Source: Eledone cirrhosa (taxonomy: Eukaryota). Taken from it: a stretch of 64,000 nucleotides of DNA. The notes under the pieces were generated by a model. The model was not told the origin of the DNA. It worked only from the letters and a program-made list of their open reading frames with translations, and did not search any database. Made by a program: the position numbers and the translations under genes. The DNA lies in assembly GCA_964016885.1 (NCBI GenBank), contig OZ024755.1, positions 18,600,001-18,664,000 on the forward strand, read 5' to 3'. This document shows positions 63,560 through 64,000 of the stretch, one piece after another (positions within the stretch are counted from its first letter, which is position 1; each line of letters opens with the position of its first letter).

Positions 63560-63975
63560 TGTTGACAGGTTTTAACATCTCAGTAGTTTTAGCAAAATCA
63601 ACTGCATTGTTGGTAGGTTTATCACTCCTATATGACCTCCTCAGTGGCTTTAACAGAATCGACTATATTGTTGGTAGGTTTAACACCTCTAGCTGACCCC
63701 CTCAGTCCTTTTAGCAAAATCAACTGTATTGTTAGTAGGTTTATCACTCCTATATGACCTCCTTAGTGGCTTTAACAGAATTGACTATATTGTTGGTAGG
63801 TTTAACACCTCTAGCTGACCCCTCAGCCCTTTTAGCAAAATCAACTGTATTGTTAGTAGGTTTATCACTCCTATATGACCTCCTCAGTGTTTTTAACAGA
63901 ATCGACTATATTGTTGGTAGGTTTAACACATCTAGCTGACCCCCTCAGTCCTTTTAGCAGAATCAACAGTATTGC
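63560..63975. repeat. ~122-bp higher-order tandem repeat made of two diverged ~61-bp subunits
   Basis: atcactcc recurs at 63621, 63743 and 63864; each half begins attgttRgtaggttta. Confidence 0.88.
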
Positions 63976-64000
63976 AAACATTCAGACCAGTTCTTCTGTC

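Overview
AT-rich, microsatellite-saturated animal DNA, almost entirely non-coding. The tRNA-derived SINEs, RTE LINE 3' fragments with (GAT)n tails and the (TA)n/(CA)n load resemble an octopod cephalopod genome (inference). It is probably a very large intron or intergenic region. No host gene could be identified, and nearly all supplied ORFs are simple-repeat artefacts; the real coding remnants are RTE, Tx1/L1-like and Helitron helicase fragments. Other mobile elements are at least four SINE families, hAT, piggyBac-like (TTAA) and Tc1/mariner MITEs, and an inverted pair of non-autonomous Helitrons. The strongest hidden signal is a set of about ten (TA)n-associated insertions from several unrelated families that carry hammerhead-ribozyme (HHR) motifs of the type known from Penelope-like elements (PLEs). 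Five motifs at four loci keep CUGANGA, GAAA and NUH, and several elements are head-to-head palindromes whose inversion breakpoints fall inside the ribozyme. A consensus recursive-splice site (polypyrimidine-CAG|GTAAGT) with a 42-nt RS-exon lies on the minus strand at 58306-58348. All structures were folded and aligned by eye, and element boundaries are approximate unless a TSD or TIR is cited.
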